Shown piece after piece: positions 22,942-35,113 of a stretch of 64,000 bases of DNA; the first letter of the stretch is position 1, and every line of letters begins with the position of its first letter. The stretch covers positions 6,004,708-6,068,707 of the forward strand of contig CAVNZM010000017.1 of the NCBI GenBank assembly GCA_963693365.1, given 5' to 3'. The position numbers and the translations under genes are program-made. The notes beneath the pieces were generated by a model. It was not told the DNA's origin. It saw nothing but the letters and a program-made list of their open reading frames with translations, and ran no database searches. Origin of the DNA: Amoebidium appalachense. Its lineage: Eukaryota > Protista > Ichthyosporea.

Positions 22942-25890
22942 GGGTTATGGGCCCCTCACGTAATGATTCCATCAAGTTCAAGGTCGACATCCCTCTCTTC
23001 ACTGGCATTGATAATGATTCAGGCACGGACTACCACACATGGGCCGAAACCATGTATGTCCAGCTTTCTGGTGCTGGTCTTCTCCACACCATCGCGCCCA
23101 GTACGGAGCACCCGGCTACCCGTGAACAGGTCGACACTGCCCGTTCCTACCTGTGGCAAGCACTCTCGGTTGACGTGCGTTGTATCCTAGGGTTAACACG
23201 CACCACCACACCTGCGGAGATATGGCCGGCCCTATCTGCCCACTACCTGGAGCAATCTGAGGCCAATCAGTACGACCTTATCGGGCTGTACATGAATTCT
23301 ACGCCTGAACCTACGGACACCGCGACGAAATACGCCATGAAGCTCCGCGGCTACGTGCGGCGCCTGGCCGATTACGGCACACAAATTGGTGATGATCAAG
23401 TGCTGACCAAGCTCACCCACGACCTCGGCAAGGTGCCTTACTACGAAATGCCTGTCATTGCCTACAAGATGACACCCAAGCCTACCGTGATGGGCCTCCT
23501 CCAACAGCTACGGGCATATGAGACCAGCCACCCACGTGCACGTGTGACTACCAGCTCCGGGCCGGCCGCCTTCACCACACGGGCTCCTCAACCTGTCATC
23601 TGCCACGGCTGCGGCAAACCAGGCCACATCAAGTCTCAGTGCCCCAACGGCAACGGCCAACACAGCAACTCTGGCAACAACCGTGCCAGCACCTACCCCA
23701 AGGGTTCCTGCGTCAACCACCCACTGTCTACCAGTCACACTACCGCCATGTGCAAGGGGGGCAACCGTGCCAACGGCCGCAAACCTAAGGGTGGTCCCCT
23801 CCCGCCTGGGTCCTGCATCAACCACCCTGCCTCTACTACCCACACTACGGCACAGTGCAAGGGGGGGGCTGCCGCTCTCCGGGCTTCAAAGTTTCCTCAT
23901 GTCTAGCAACGACTGTGGCACCAACAAGGTGCTCCTCGACTCTGGAGCCACTGACCATGTGTGCCCCCGGCCCGATGTGTTCGTCAACATGCGTGCGGCG
24001 CCTTACTCCACGGTCCAAGTAGCCGACAAGGGTGCATGTGCAGTGCTTGGGGTGGGCGACGTGTTCTTTTCCAGCACCATCGACGGCGTTACTGCGGTGC
24101 ATCAGCTGACGGATGTACTCTACGTGCCCTCCATCCCCGACACTCTCATCAGTGTGTTCACGGCATCTACCAACGGCGTTTTACCCCGCTTTGACACCCG
24201 CGGCGGCGTTAAGTTGTGCTACGGCGATCATGTTCTGGCCACCGGCTCGGCTGTCGGCACCAAGCTGTACCACATGGCGGTGTCTCTTCTGCGCGCGGAC
24301 ACAACCCCGGACGCCCAAACCACCACTGCTCCGCGTATCCTCAAGGTTACTGCCGACCTTAACACGTGGCACTACCGTCTGGGCCATGCTGGCATTGACG
24401 CTGTACGCTCGGTCATCAAGTCTGCAGGCCTGTTGGTGGGTGGCGGTGCCAAGTCTCCGGGTGTGTGTGAGCCCTGTGCCCTCGGCAAAGCCCACCGTGT
24501 TGCCTTCTCCGAATCAACCAGCCAAGCTCCCCCGGGTCCTAGCCAAGGTTCACAGCGACATCAGCGGCCCCTTCCCTCCAGCGATCGGTGGTGCTCAGTA
24601 CTTGGCGACGTTCCACGACGAATTCACCGGCCACACCACGGCCGTGCCCCTCGTCAAGAAGTCGGACACACTGGCCGCATATGTGACGTACCACAAGGCG
24701 GCGGTTACCCAACACGGTGTTCCCATGCAGGTGTTTCAGTCCGACGGGGGGGGCGAGTACATGGGCACGGCCTTCGGGGACTACAACCGTGAGCACGGCA
24801 TTCGCCATCAGATCACTACCACCGGCTCTCCTCAACAGAATGGGACTGCCGAACGACTGAACCGGACCCTCCTCGACATGGTTCGGGCACTCCTGCAGCA
24901 GTCCGGCCTTCCGGTTGTAGGGATTCTGGGCCGAGGCAGCTGTGACCGCGGCTTTTATACGCAACATGCTCCCGTCGCGAGCCACCGGCAGCCAATCGTC
25001 TCCCGCCCTGCTGTGGACCGGCATTCCCCCCGACTACAGCCGGCTCCGTGTCTGGGGCTCTCCCTGCTACGTCCATCAACAGGATACACTGAAACTGGCG
25101 CCTCGTGCCGTCAAGGGCATCTTCGTGGGCTACCCTCCTAACATCAAGGGCTACAAGGTCTGGATTCCAGCAGCACACAAGATGACCGTCAGCCGTGACG
25201 TGCAGTTCGACGAGGCTGCTATTCTGCACCCCCTCCGTGATGTCCCATCTGATTGGACGACCGCACCGGCAATTCATCATTTTTTGGAGTCATCTGATTC
25301 GTCAAATCAGCCAGTCAATCACATCGTCCGGAATGATCAGCAATCTGATTCGTCTCGTCTGTCAGCCAATCGGACAGCGCCGAGTGATCAATTGGACATT
25401 CCGATCCTGCCCGAGCCTGCACATCGGCTCCCCCGGACGACCCGTAGTGGCGCTGTGTACAACGACCAACGTCGAGGCCCGACTGCCAACGTGGCTGCTG
25501 CTACGGCCCCCCTTGCCCCCCAGGCTACGGCTCCTGCATCAACACCCATCAAGGCTTCCACCATTGTTGTCCCCAAGACTGTCCGGGCTGCACTCAAGAG
25601 TCCCCAGCGTCTGAAATGGGAGGAGGCTGCACACCGTGAGCTCAAGGCCCTGGAAGACAACGGCACCTTCACCCTTGTGCCCCGTCCAGAGGATGGCTCC
25701 ACTGTCATTCCGGTCGGCTGGGTCTTTACGGTCAAGCAGGACAAGGTCGGCAACGTCACTGCTTTCAAGGCCCGGCTTGTGGCCCGGGGCAACTACCAGC
25801 AGCCTGGCCAGGACTATTTCGTCACCGAGTCACCTGTGGCTGCGCTGGCTACCATCCGGCTGGTTTTGGCTACCTCCGTGGCCCAAGGTC
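22806..25890 (+). pseudogene. gag-pol: Gag-Pol of copia A2, frameshifted and truncated within RT
   Basis: Near-identical to A1. Insertions at 23887 and 24916 and +1 C near 24531; stops at ...SVAQG where the next LTR begins without a PPT. Confidence 0.92.
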
Positions 25891-26656
25891 TGTTGGAGTA
25901 CACTGGTACTCCCGGCTAGCAATGTCTGTTAGAGAAAGTTTCTGAGCAATTGAATAATTGTTTCAACACTCACTCGAGTGCATAGAGCTTTTGTTTACGG
26001 TCATATTCATATATGGTAGTTATATGTTTGAGCCAAAACTGTACCAATGACGAGCTTCACTAGCAACGTGCTAATTGTGCTCATTAATTAATATTCCCGG
26101 TTCAGATGATGTCATGTCTATATTTGCCACAGGATTCTATTCTTAGAGTGGTAGTGTGCTTTATTCCCGGATATTCTCAGAATATTTTCAGTTGTGTGAA
26201 GTAAGATTTACGTTTAACTGCAATTGGTGTGTTAAACACGTTTATTTGTGTGCTTTAGTGCAAGCTAACTAGCCACTCAAACGTGCACAGTTAACTTTTA
26301 TATCTTTAACGACTTGTTTTCATTGTGCTCTCTTTTCGGCCATGCTGTACATGGCCCACCACCAGGGTGCACACGAGGCCACCATGAGGTGGCCAACGAC
26401 TATATAAAGCAGTGCCTCCCATGTCACAAACATGGGAAGCAGAACGTTTGATTTACACTTTTCTACTGTCGTTTTCAGTGCACAAAACACATAGACAAGT
26501 TACCCATCATACACGACACTATGTCTGACAACTTACAGTTGCAGCAACTAGTCCAACTACTGGAGCAGAGGTTGGCCTCACAAGATGCAATCATTTCTGA
26601 CTTACAGAAGGAACAACGTGCACTAGAACTAGCTTCTATGAACACGATGCCCAACA
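25891..26656 (+). repeat. A-type LTR (5' LTR of copy A3)
   Basis: 766 bp, TGTTGG...CCAACA; followed by a PBS. Confidence 0.95.
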
Positions 26657-27350
26657 GGGTTATGGGCCCAGACACGACACCGCGGCCTCTAACTTCACGT
26701 CCCCTACGACGCCTTGAACGGAGGAGCCAGAAACCGACTTCTAGGCTGTACCCTACACCCGCGAGCGTATTTCCGTGAAGTAGAGACTTTCGCTTCCACA
26801 AACACCATCCGCAGCAGCCTGCGACATCAACGTCAAAGTATTCCACTTCATTGGCGGGGCACGCACCACAGTGGAATGCACACCCCGGTCTACCCTGCAA
26901 GCAGCCACACTCACTCTCTCTTCTCTAGTGGTGTGTACACTTCTCCAATTGGGTAGGGGTGTTGGAGTGCAGACTTACGCTCACTCCACAATATGTGTAT
27001 GTTAGCTTTACAATTGATTCCGTGTACACAGACACACGCTGACACTCGATCACCACATGCACATCTGCATAGTTGAGGAATGTTGCCAATTGTGTTTTGA
27101 CTGCAAACGATTGGTTCACTGGTCCCAGAGATCTCTAAATGAAAGTAACCAATCCGATTAGCGCCTGGCATCCGGATAACATTCCAGACTGCTGCCCCAC
27201 GGGTATATAAGCCACGTCTCTGCCAGGTGCAGACATGGAGTTCAGTCATGGAGTTCAGTCATGGAGTTAACACACTGAAAGCAGTAAAAAACGGGTCAGC
27301 GCCCAAGCGCGCCACGACGACCCTAGTCACAGCGGACTCTACTTCCAACA
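26657..27350 (+). mobile_element. TRIM-like cassette: PBS + 303-bp internal region + PPT + 391-bp LTR of a third type (LTR-C, 26960-27350)
   Basis: PBS GGGTTATGGGCCCAG at 26657; PPT CCAATTGGGTAGGGG ending 26959; LTR termini TGTTGGAGT...TTCCAACA; TATATAA near 27204. Interior looks unrelated to LTR-A. Confidence 0.8.
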
Positions 27351-28381
27351 GGGAGCATGGCCCCTCACGTAATGATTCCATCAAGTTCAAGGTCGACATC
27401 CCTCTCTTCACTGGCATTGATAATGATTCAGGCACGGACTACCACATATGGGCCGAAACCATGTATGTCCAGCTTTCTGGTGCTGGTCTTCTCCACACCA
27501 TCGCGCCCAGTACGGAGCACCCGGCTACCCGTGAACAGGTCGACACTGCCCGTTCCTACCTGTGGCAAGCACTCTCGGTTGACGTGCGTTGTATCCTAGG
27601 GTTAACACGCACCACCACACCTGCGGAGATATGGTCGGCCCTATCTGCCCACTACCTGGAGCAATCTGAGGCCAATCAGTACGACCTTATCGGGCTGTAC
27701 ATGAATTCTACGCCTGAACCTACGGACACCGCGACGAAATACGCCATGAAGCTCCGCGGCTACGTGCGGCGCCTGGCCGATTACGGCACACAAATTGGTG
27801 ATGCTCAAGTGCTGACCAAGCTCACCAACGACCTCGGCAAGGTGCCTTACTACGAAATGCCTGTCATTGCCTACAAGATGACACCCAAGCCTACCGTAAT
27901 GGGCCTCCTCCAACAGCTACGGGCATATGAGACCAGCCACCCACGTGCACGTGTGACTACCAGCTCCGGGCCGGCCGCCTTCACCACACGGGCTCCTCAA
28001 CCTGTCGACGTCATCTGCCACGGCTGCGGCAAACCAGGCCACATCAAGTCTCAGTGCCCCAACGGCAACGGCCAACACAGCAACTCTGGCAACAACCGTG
28101 CCAGCACCTACCCCAAGGGTTCCTGCGTCAACCACCCACTGTCTACCAGTCACACTACCGCCATGTGCAAGGGGGGCAACCGTGCCAACGGCCGCAAACC
28201 TAAGGGTGGTCCCCTCCCGCCTGGGTCCTGCATCAACCACCCTGCCTCTACTACCCACACTACGGCACAGTGCAAGGGGGGCCGGGGGCTGCCGCTCCCC
28301 GGGCTTTCCTCATGTCTAGCAACGACTGTGGCACCAACAAGGTGCTCCTCGACTCTGGAGCCACTGACCATGTGTGCCCCC
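27351..28381 (+). pseudogene. gag: gag and start of protease of copia A3 (interrupted by copia B1)
   Basis: Near-identical to A1 gag from GPSRNDSIKF onward; ends at ...TDHVCP. Confidence 0.92.
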
Positions 28382-31300
28382 TGTTGTAATACGTAGTATT
28401 TACATATGGTAAGATCTTCTCAGTTTGTGTTATGTTTCAGTTCATATGCTTAGTGTAAATGCCACACTCCTATTATGTAAAGTGTAGCATCGATCTCCGA
28501 TATGCTTGTATACTTGTAATCGTGTTGTATCGGCTTTAATCGTGTATTGTAATATCGATTAGAATATTTATATGTGTGTACACGGATCCACCCACTCAGG
28601 GAGAGACGTGTACATGTTCGTGTGTACATAAATATCTCTGGTTATAGTTATGCTATTACTATCTTGTTTGTTGATCTGTGCTCTCTTTTCCTTCCTCTTT
28701 CTCCTTCCTTATTTTCTTTTCTTTCTCTCCTTGTCTTCATGTGTATAATCGTATTTCTTTTCTACTAATATATGTTAGGTAGATTTGTGTTACTTAATAC
28801 GTGTTCATTGGACGGTAACACACTTAGGCTACACTTAGAATAGCATGTGTGTTTAGACTTCATTAATTCACTTTAGTTTTCATGTGTTGCCGGGCTTTAA
28901 CCAATCATCAAGGTTAAGTGTGATATGTCTGAGTCTTTGCAGTATGTCATAGGTTAGAACTTCCTTGATGATGACACGAGTTGATCCTAACTAGTGTCTG
29001 TGTCCTATCGTGTACGCCTCCGCGTACCGGATCTCTCTGAAAGCAATTGGTTCTTAGTGATTGGTTTCTATTAGAGATGGATCTGATTTCCGACTGGTCG
29101 GAAATCATGTATGGATTGGACTTAGAGGAATTTCAGGTATTTATTCGAAGATCAGAATAAATTCAGTTCAGTCGTGTCTAAACATTGATGTCTGTTGTGT
29201 ACACTGCTCCGATCGTTCCGTGTTTCGTTGTTGTGTGTGTCTGTGGTGTTTTCACACTGCACCACTGTGTCTCTGCTTACATCCCAAATACTTATAGAAA
29301 TTAACAGGTTATGCAGCCCTTTTGTACGCTCCCTACACACATCTAGAACTCGCGCTCGTTTTTCAATCATGGATCCAAACAAAACTGGCGTAAACAAAAT
29401 CACCATGTGGAAAGGTGAAGGGAAGACTGGTCCCGATAGCAAAACTACCTATTTTCAATGGGAAATCATTTTTCTCGGCATGATGACCGGCACTAAAGGT
29501 GTCCGACTCGTGGATGTTGTCCTTGCTGACAACTACGTCCCCCCTACCACCGTCGCGGTTGACGGTGAACCCCCCTTCTATGGCTACGGCACTACCGCGG
29601 AACTCAAAGAGGCCCGCAATTGCCTCCTGCTCCATATGATACAGAACATCGACCCTTCCGTCCTCACCACCGTTGCCCAGTACCGTATTGGCATGGACCC
29701 TGAACGGGCCATGTGGAAATTCCGTCAACACTATCTCCAAGGCAAACCCGATCAGATCCGCATCCTTCACCGTCAGTGGGATGCCTGTGCCCTTCAGCCC
29801 GGTGAATCATTCACCACCTACCTGAGCCGTCTGCAGACCATCGTGAACCAGCTCCAGTCTCTCCAAGATGAGTCCATTCACTTCACTCGTCTAGCTGAGA
29901 AGTTCTTCAATGAACTCACCACCAGAGACGACCTCACCCCTGAGTTCAATCGTCTTATCGAAGACTATCACTTCGGTGATAAGCTATTCCCCGACTTCGA
30001 GTCCCTCCATAACCACGTCAAGGGCATCGAGTTACGTCAAGACCTCAAGATGCAACTCCGGAACAACCGTGCCCACCGTGCCTCCAAGTCCAGCATGGCA
30101 TTAAATGCCAGTGCTCCCCCCCGTGATCTTCCTCGCCGTGACTTACGCACCCGACTTGACCGTACCTCTGGCACGGACCTCCGAACTCGTCTCTCCCGTC
30201 AGCACACCCGATCCCGTTCCCCCCACCGGCCTGCCTTCCGGTCCACGTCTCGTTCCCCCAGTCGTTCCCGTTTCTCGGGTTCCCGTCGTTCTGATTCCCC
30301 GGCTCGTTCTAACACCCCGTCCGTGAAAGAATGCTCCTACTGCCACGAGCCTGATCACACGATCATCGATTGCCCTGAGCCGAAATGCCGTATGTCCAGA
30401 CACAACCGTTCCCGTCAAGGCAGTGAGAAATCTGTCTCCTTTGCTTTCTCGGCATACAATGCTAGCTCCGTCCCCGTGTCCTCCGACCCTGCCTGGGATT
30501 CCGGGTGCAACATGACTGTTTGCCCCACCCGTGAGTTCTTCCATGACCTCACTCCCCTTCCGACACCGACTCCCGTTGCTGCCTTCAATGGCACCCCCGT
30601 CTTGGCCACTCACACCGGCCATATCGTCATCAACACCACCACCGACCATGGCACTACCACCCTAACCATTGAAGCCTACTACACCCCGTCTGGCCAAGCC
30701 TTCCTCATTTCAACATCCCAAGCTGCTGCCGAATACATCAAGGGTGATTTGAACGATGCCTCCACTCCGTCATTCCTCTTCGACCGACTCACCGGCCGTC
30801 ATCTCGTCAACCTCCGTCTACACAACGGTCTGTATTACTTCAAGGACTACACCATTCAACCACCCACTCGTCCTGTGGCTCTGGCTGCCACTACCAGTGT
30901 TAACCCATCCATCTGGCACCATCGTCTGGGGCACCGAGCTATGACCAGCATCAAGGACATGGTGAAACACGACCTTGTTATTGGTCTCCCCTCCTCTGTC
31001 CTCGACTGTGATGTTCCTGATTGTCATGGCTGCATTATGGGTAAGACCACCAAGGCTCCGTTCAGGGGTGACCGTCCTCACTCCAACATCCCCGGTCATG
31101 AATGGCATTGGGATTTTTTTGAGCCTACCACAACATCGTACGGAGGTTCCAAGGTTGCTCTCGTCACTGTCTGCCGTGCCTCTGGCCTCGTCAAGATCTA
31201 CCCGATGGCCGACCGTACCACCACCCTGGATATTCTCACAGCTCACACCAACCTCGTTGCCACCCATGCCCCCTCCAAAGTTGGTGTTTACCACTTCGAC

Positions 31301-34300
31301 TCCGGCTCTGAGTTCACCTCCAAGGATACCCGTGCTTTTTGCCTCTCCCAGGGCATCAAGGCCAGCTATGCTCCGGTGGACTGCCCTCAACTGAACGGCT
31401 ATGTTGAACGACGTATGCGGTTCCTCCAAGAGATTGTCCGTTGCCTCCTCCATCAAGTCCAAGATCAGTCTCTGTCTCCCAAACTGTGGGCTGAGGCCCT
31501 CCAACATGCCGCCTACATCATCAACGTCACCCCGTCCACGACTGCCAATGGTCGTACACCATTCGAGGTTTTCTACGGTGTCAAGCCCGACATCTCCGAG
31601 CTCAAAGTGTTCGGTTGCCCTGCCTACACTCACGTGCCAGCCTCTAAACGGAACAAGCTGGCCCCCACCGTCAAACTCGGCATGTATATCGGCTATGATC
31701 TTCAATCACACTGCCACCGGATCTTCAATGCCACCACCCATCGTGTCGGCCTCTTCCGTGATGTGATTTTCGACGAATCAGCTTATCTCCCGTCCGACAT
31801 TCCATCAACCCTTCCGACCCCCGACACCACTGCTACCTCGACCACCCCACCCCCCACAGTTGACACTGAAGATGATGTTTGTCTGGTGTACTCTGGCCCC
31901 CCTCCTGCCATCGTCGTTCCCCCAACACCCCCCCCCCACCGGCCCCCCTGCCCCCGTGCCCGTCCAGCCTGCCGACCCTCATCCTGGCCCTGGCAACGTC
32001 ACACCCATCCGACCCGGCTCCCCCGACAACTTCCACTCGGCCCCGTCCAGCCCGGAGGTTGCCCCCCCTGCACTTCCGAACTTCCAAGTTCCCCCCCCAC
32101 CGTCTCCACCTACCCCGGTTCCTGCACCCCGTCGTTCTGCCCGTCTCCAGGGCAAGGTTGGACTTCAAGCCACCACCACCCTGCCAGTCCCCCCCGGTCC
32201 CCCCATCAACATCGACCAACTACCCAAACTTGTCCGTCAACTCTGTTCCGGACCCAATGGTGATCAGGTCAAGTCAGCCCTGACTGCTGAGTATCAAGCC
32301 TTCGTCGACAAAGACATCTTTGAACTTGTTGACCCTCCCCCTGGTGCTAACATCGTCGGCTTCAAGTGGATTGTCTCCGAGAAAACTCTCAACTCGGCTG
32401 GTGACACCAAGATCAAGGCACGTGGTGTTGCTCAAGGCTTCAGTCAGCAATACGGTGTTGACTATGAGTTGATTGAGAGCCCTGTCATCCGTCCGGCTGC
32501 TCTCCGTGCCATCCTAGCTCTGGCCGTTGTTGAAGGTCATGACATACATCAACTCGACGTGTCTACGGCCTTTCTCAACAGCCCACTCACCGAGACCATC
32601 TACATGAAACAACCCCCGGGATTCATCACCATGGCCACACTTGGCAAGGTCTGGAGACTCAAGAAAGCCCTGTACGGCCTCAAGCAAGCCTCCAAGGCTT
32701 GGTACGACTTCCTCGACGGCATTCTTCTTGCCCATGGCCTGACCCGTACTAAGACCGACCCGTGCATCTACCTCCGGTTCTTCCCCAACAACGATGTGGT
32801 ACGGGCTGGTAACTACGTCGATGACTCCACCATCACCAACACCCGGGGTTCTACTGCTGCCAGTGACCTGGCTGCCCACATCAGCAAGATGGCCAGCTGT
32901 CGTATGAGTCCATTTGACCGTATGCTCGGTGTTGATTTTAATCACTCTGATCCCCATCACCTCCACATGCACCAGAGGTCTTACATCATGGATATCATCC
33001 ACGACTTCAACCTCACCGATGCCAAGTCCAAGTCTACCCCCATCCCTGCAGGCACCACCGTCTCCCTGGCTGATTGCCCCCCCCAACCGTTCACCGTGCC
33101 CTACCGTGAGTTACTCGGCCGTCTCCTCTGGGTGGCACGGTGCACACGTCCCGACATTGCCTATGCCATCGGCTTCCTTGGTCGGTTCAGCACCAACCCC
33201 GGCAAGACTCACTGGGACCTTCTCCGTCGTGTGGCCCGGTACCTGCTCGGCACCATTGACCTTGGCATTGACTACAAGTACTCGGCCACCCAGTCCCCCA
33301 TACTCGAATGCTACACGGATGCTGACTTTGCTGGTTGTGCCGACAGCAAGAAGTCTACCACCGGCTACATTATCGTGTTTGCTGGTATGCCCGTCATCTG
33401 GTACTCCAAGCTCCAGCCCATCACGGCCACCAGCACCACTGAAGCTGAGCTGATTGCTCTCAATGCTGGCACCCAAGAAGTTGCTTGGGTCCGTGACTTC
33501 TTCAAGGAACTCGGCTGTCCCATGCTTGCTCCGACTCCGGTGTACTGTGACAACCAGTCGACCATTGCCATCGTCAACTCCACCGGCATCAAGCACCGTA
33601 CCAAACACATTGCCGTCCGGTATCACAACACCAAGGACTACATTGCCAGTGGGGACGTGGTTGTCCACTACGTTGAGTCAGCCCACAACTTAGCTGACAT
33701 ACTCACCAAACCCCTCCCCGGCCCGAGTCATGTCCACCATCGTGCTCGACTTTGTTTACCGGATATTGTGGATTGACCCGACCTACTTCAAGAGTGATTT
33801 TCTCATGTGTACTACTTACTTTATCAACATCATTATATCATATGTATTGCCTTTGTGGGTATGCCCACTTAGGGTTTATATATAAGGTTTGACCTGTACC
33901 ATCACTCTACTCTATCTTTCACTGGTTTAAAACCCAGTTAATCAAACACCGCCTATACACGTTATATATATTCGTTGTTTTTGCCCCGGTTCCTTCCCCC
34001 CTCCCCCCCCCCCTTCCCCCCCTTCCCCCCCTCCCCCCCTTCCTCCCCCCCCCCCCCCCCCCCCCCCCCCGGGAAAAGTACACACTTTAATTTTTTTTTT
34101 TTCCCGTTTCTGTTCTCAAGTGGGGAGATTTCACTAGTTCAGTGGGGATATGATAACACAAACTTCAAAGTCTTAAGTGGGGATGTTGTAATACGTAGTA
34201 TTTACATATGGTAAGATCTTCTCAGTTTGTGTTATGTTTCAGTTCATATGCTTAGTGTAAATGCCACACTCCTATTATGTAAAGTGTAGCATCGATCTCC

Positions 34301-35108
34301 GATATGCTTGTATACTTGTAATCGTGTTGTATCGGCTTTAATCGTGTATTGTAATATCGATTAGAATATTTATATGTGTGTACACGGATCCACCCACTCA
34401 GGGAGAGACGTGTACATGTTCGTGTGTACATAAATATCTCTGGTTATAGTTATGCTATTACTATCTTGTTTGTTGATCTGTGCTCTCTTTTCCTTCCTCT
34501 TTCTCCTTCCTTATTTTCTTTTCTTTCTCTCCTTGTCTTCATGTGTATAATCGTATTTCTTTTCTACTAATATATGTTAGGTAGATTTGTGTTACTTAAT
34601 ACGTGTTCATTGGACGGTAACACACTTAGGCTACACTTAGAATAGCATGTGTGTTTAGACTTCATTAATTCACTTTAGTTTTCATGTGTTGCCGGGCTTT
34701 AACCAATCATCAAGGTTAAGTGTGATATGTCTGAGTCTTTGCAGTATGTCATAGGTTAGAACTTCCTTGATGATGACACGAGTTGATCCTAACTAGTGTC
34801 TGTGTCCTATCGTGTACGCCTCCGCGTACCGGATCTCTCTGAAAGCAATTGGTTCTTAGTGATTGGTTTCTATTAGAGATGGATCTGATTTCCGACTGGT
34901 CGGAAATCATGTATGGATTGGACTTAGAGGAATTTCAGGTATTTATTCGAAGATCAGAATAAATTCAGTTCAGTCGTGTCTAAACATTGATGTCTGTTGT
35001 GTACACTGCTCCGATCGTTCCGTGTTTCGTTGTTGTGTGTGTCTGTGGTGTTTTCACACTGCACCACTGTGTCTCTGCTTACATCCCAAATACTTATAGA
35101 AATTAACA
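28382..35108 (+). mobile_element. Ty1/copia LTR retrotransposon family B, copy B1 (full length, young, nested in A3)
   Basis: 925-bp LTRs 28382-29306 and 34184-35108 (TGTTGTAAT...ATTAACA), no difference seen by eye. TSD CCCCC; PBS GGTTATGCAGCCC; PPT AAGTGGGGA. A3 resumes exactly after it. Confidence 0.97.
29369..33776 (+). CDS. gag-pol: Gag-Pol polyprotein of copia B1 (one apparent frameshift in a poly-C run near 31930)
   Basis: MDPNKTG start; RS-rich gag; knuckle CSYCHEPDHTIIDC; protease AWDSGC; integrase WHHRLGH...CHGC, WHWD, HFDSGSEF, NGYVER; RT KARGVAQGFSQ, LYGLKQA, YVDD; RNase H YTDADF, ADILTKPL. Confidence 0.93.
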
Positions 35109-35113
35109 CCCCC

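Noticed and set aside
32828-32840. 6-bp difference between B1 and B2 after YVDD as another footprint
   Set aside because: Best explained as a deletion in B2 between ACC direct repeats; no inverted bases.
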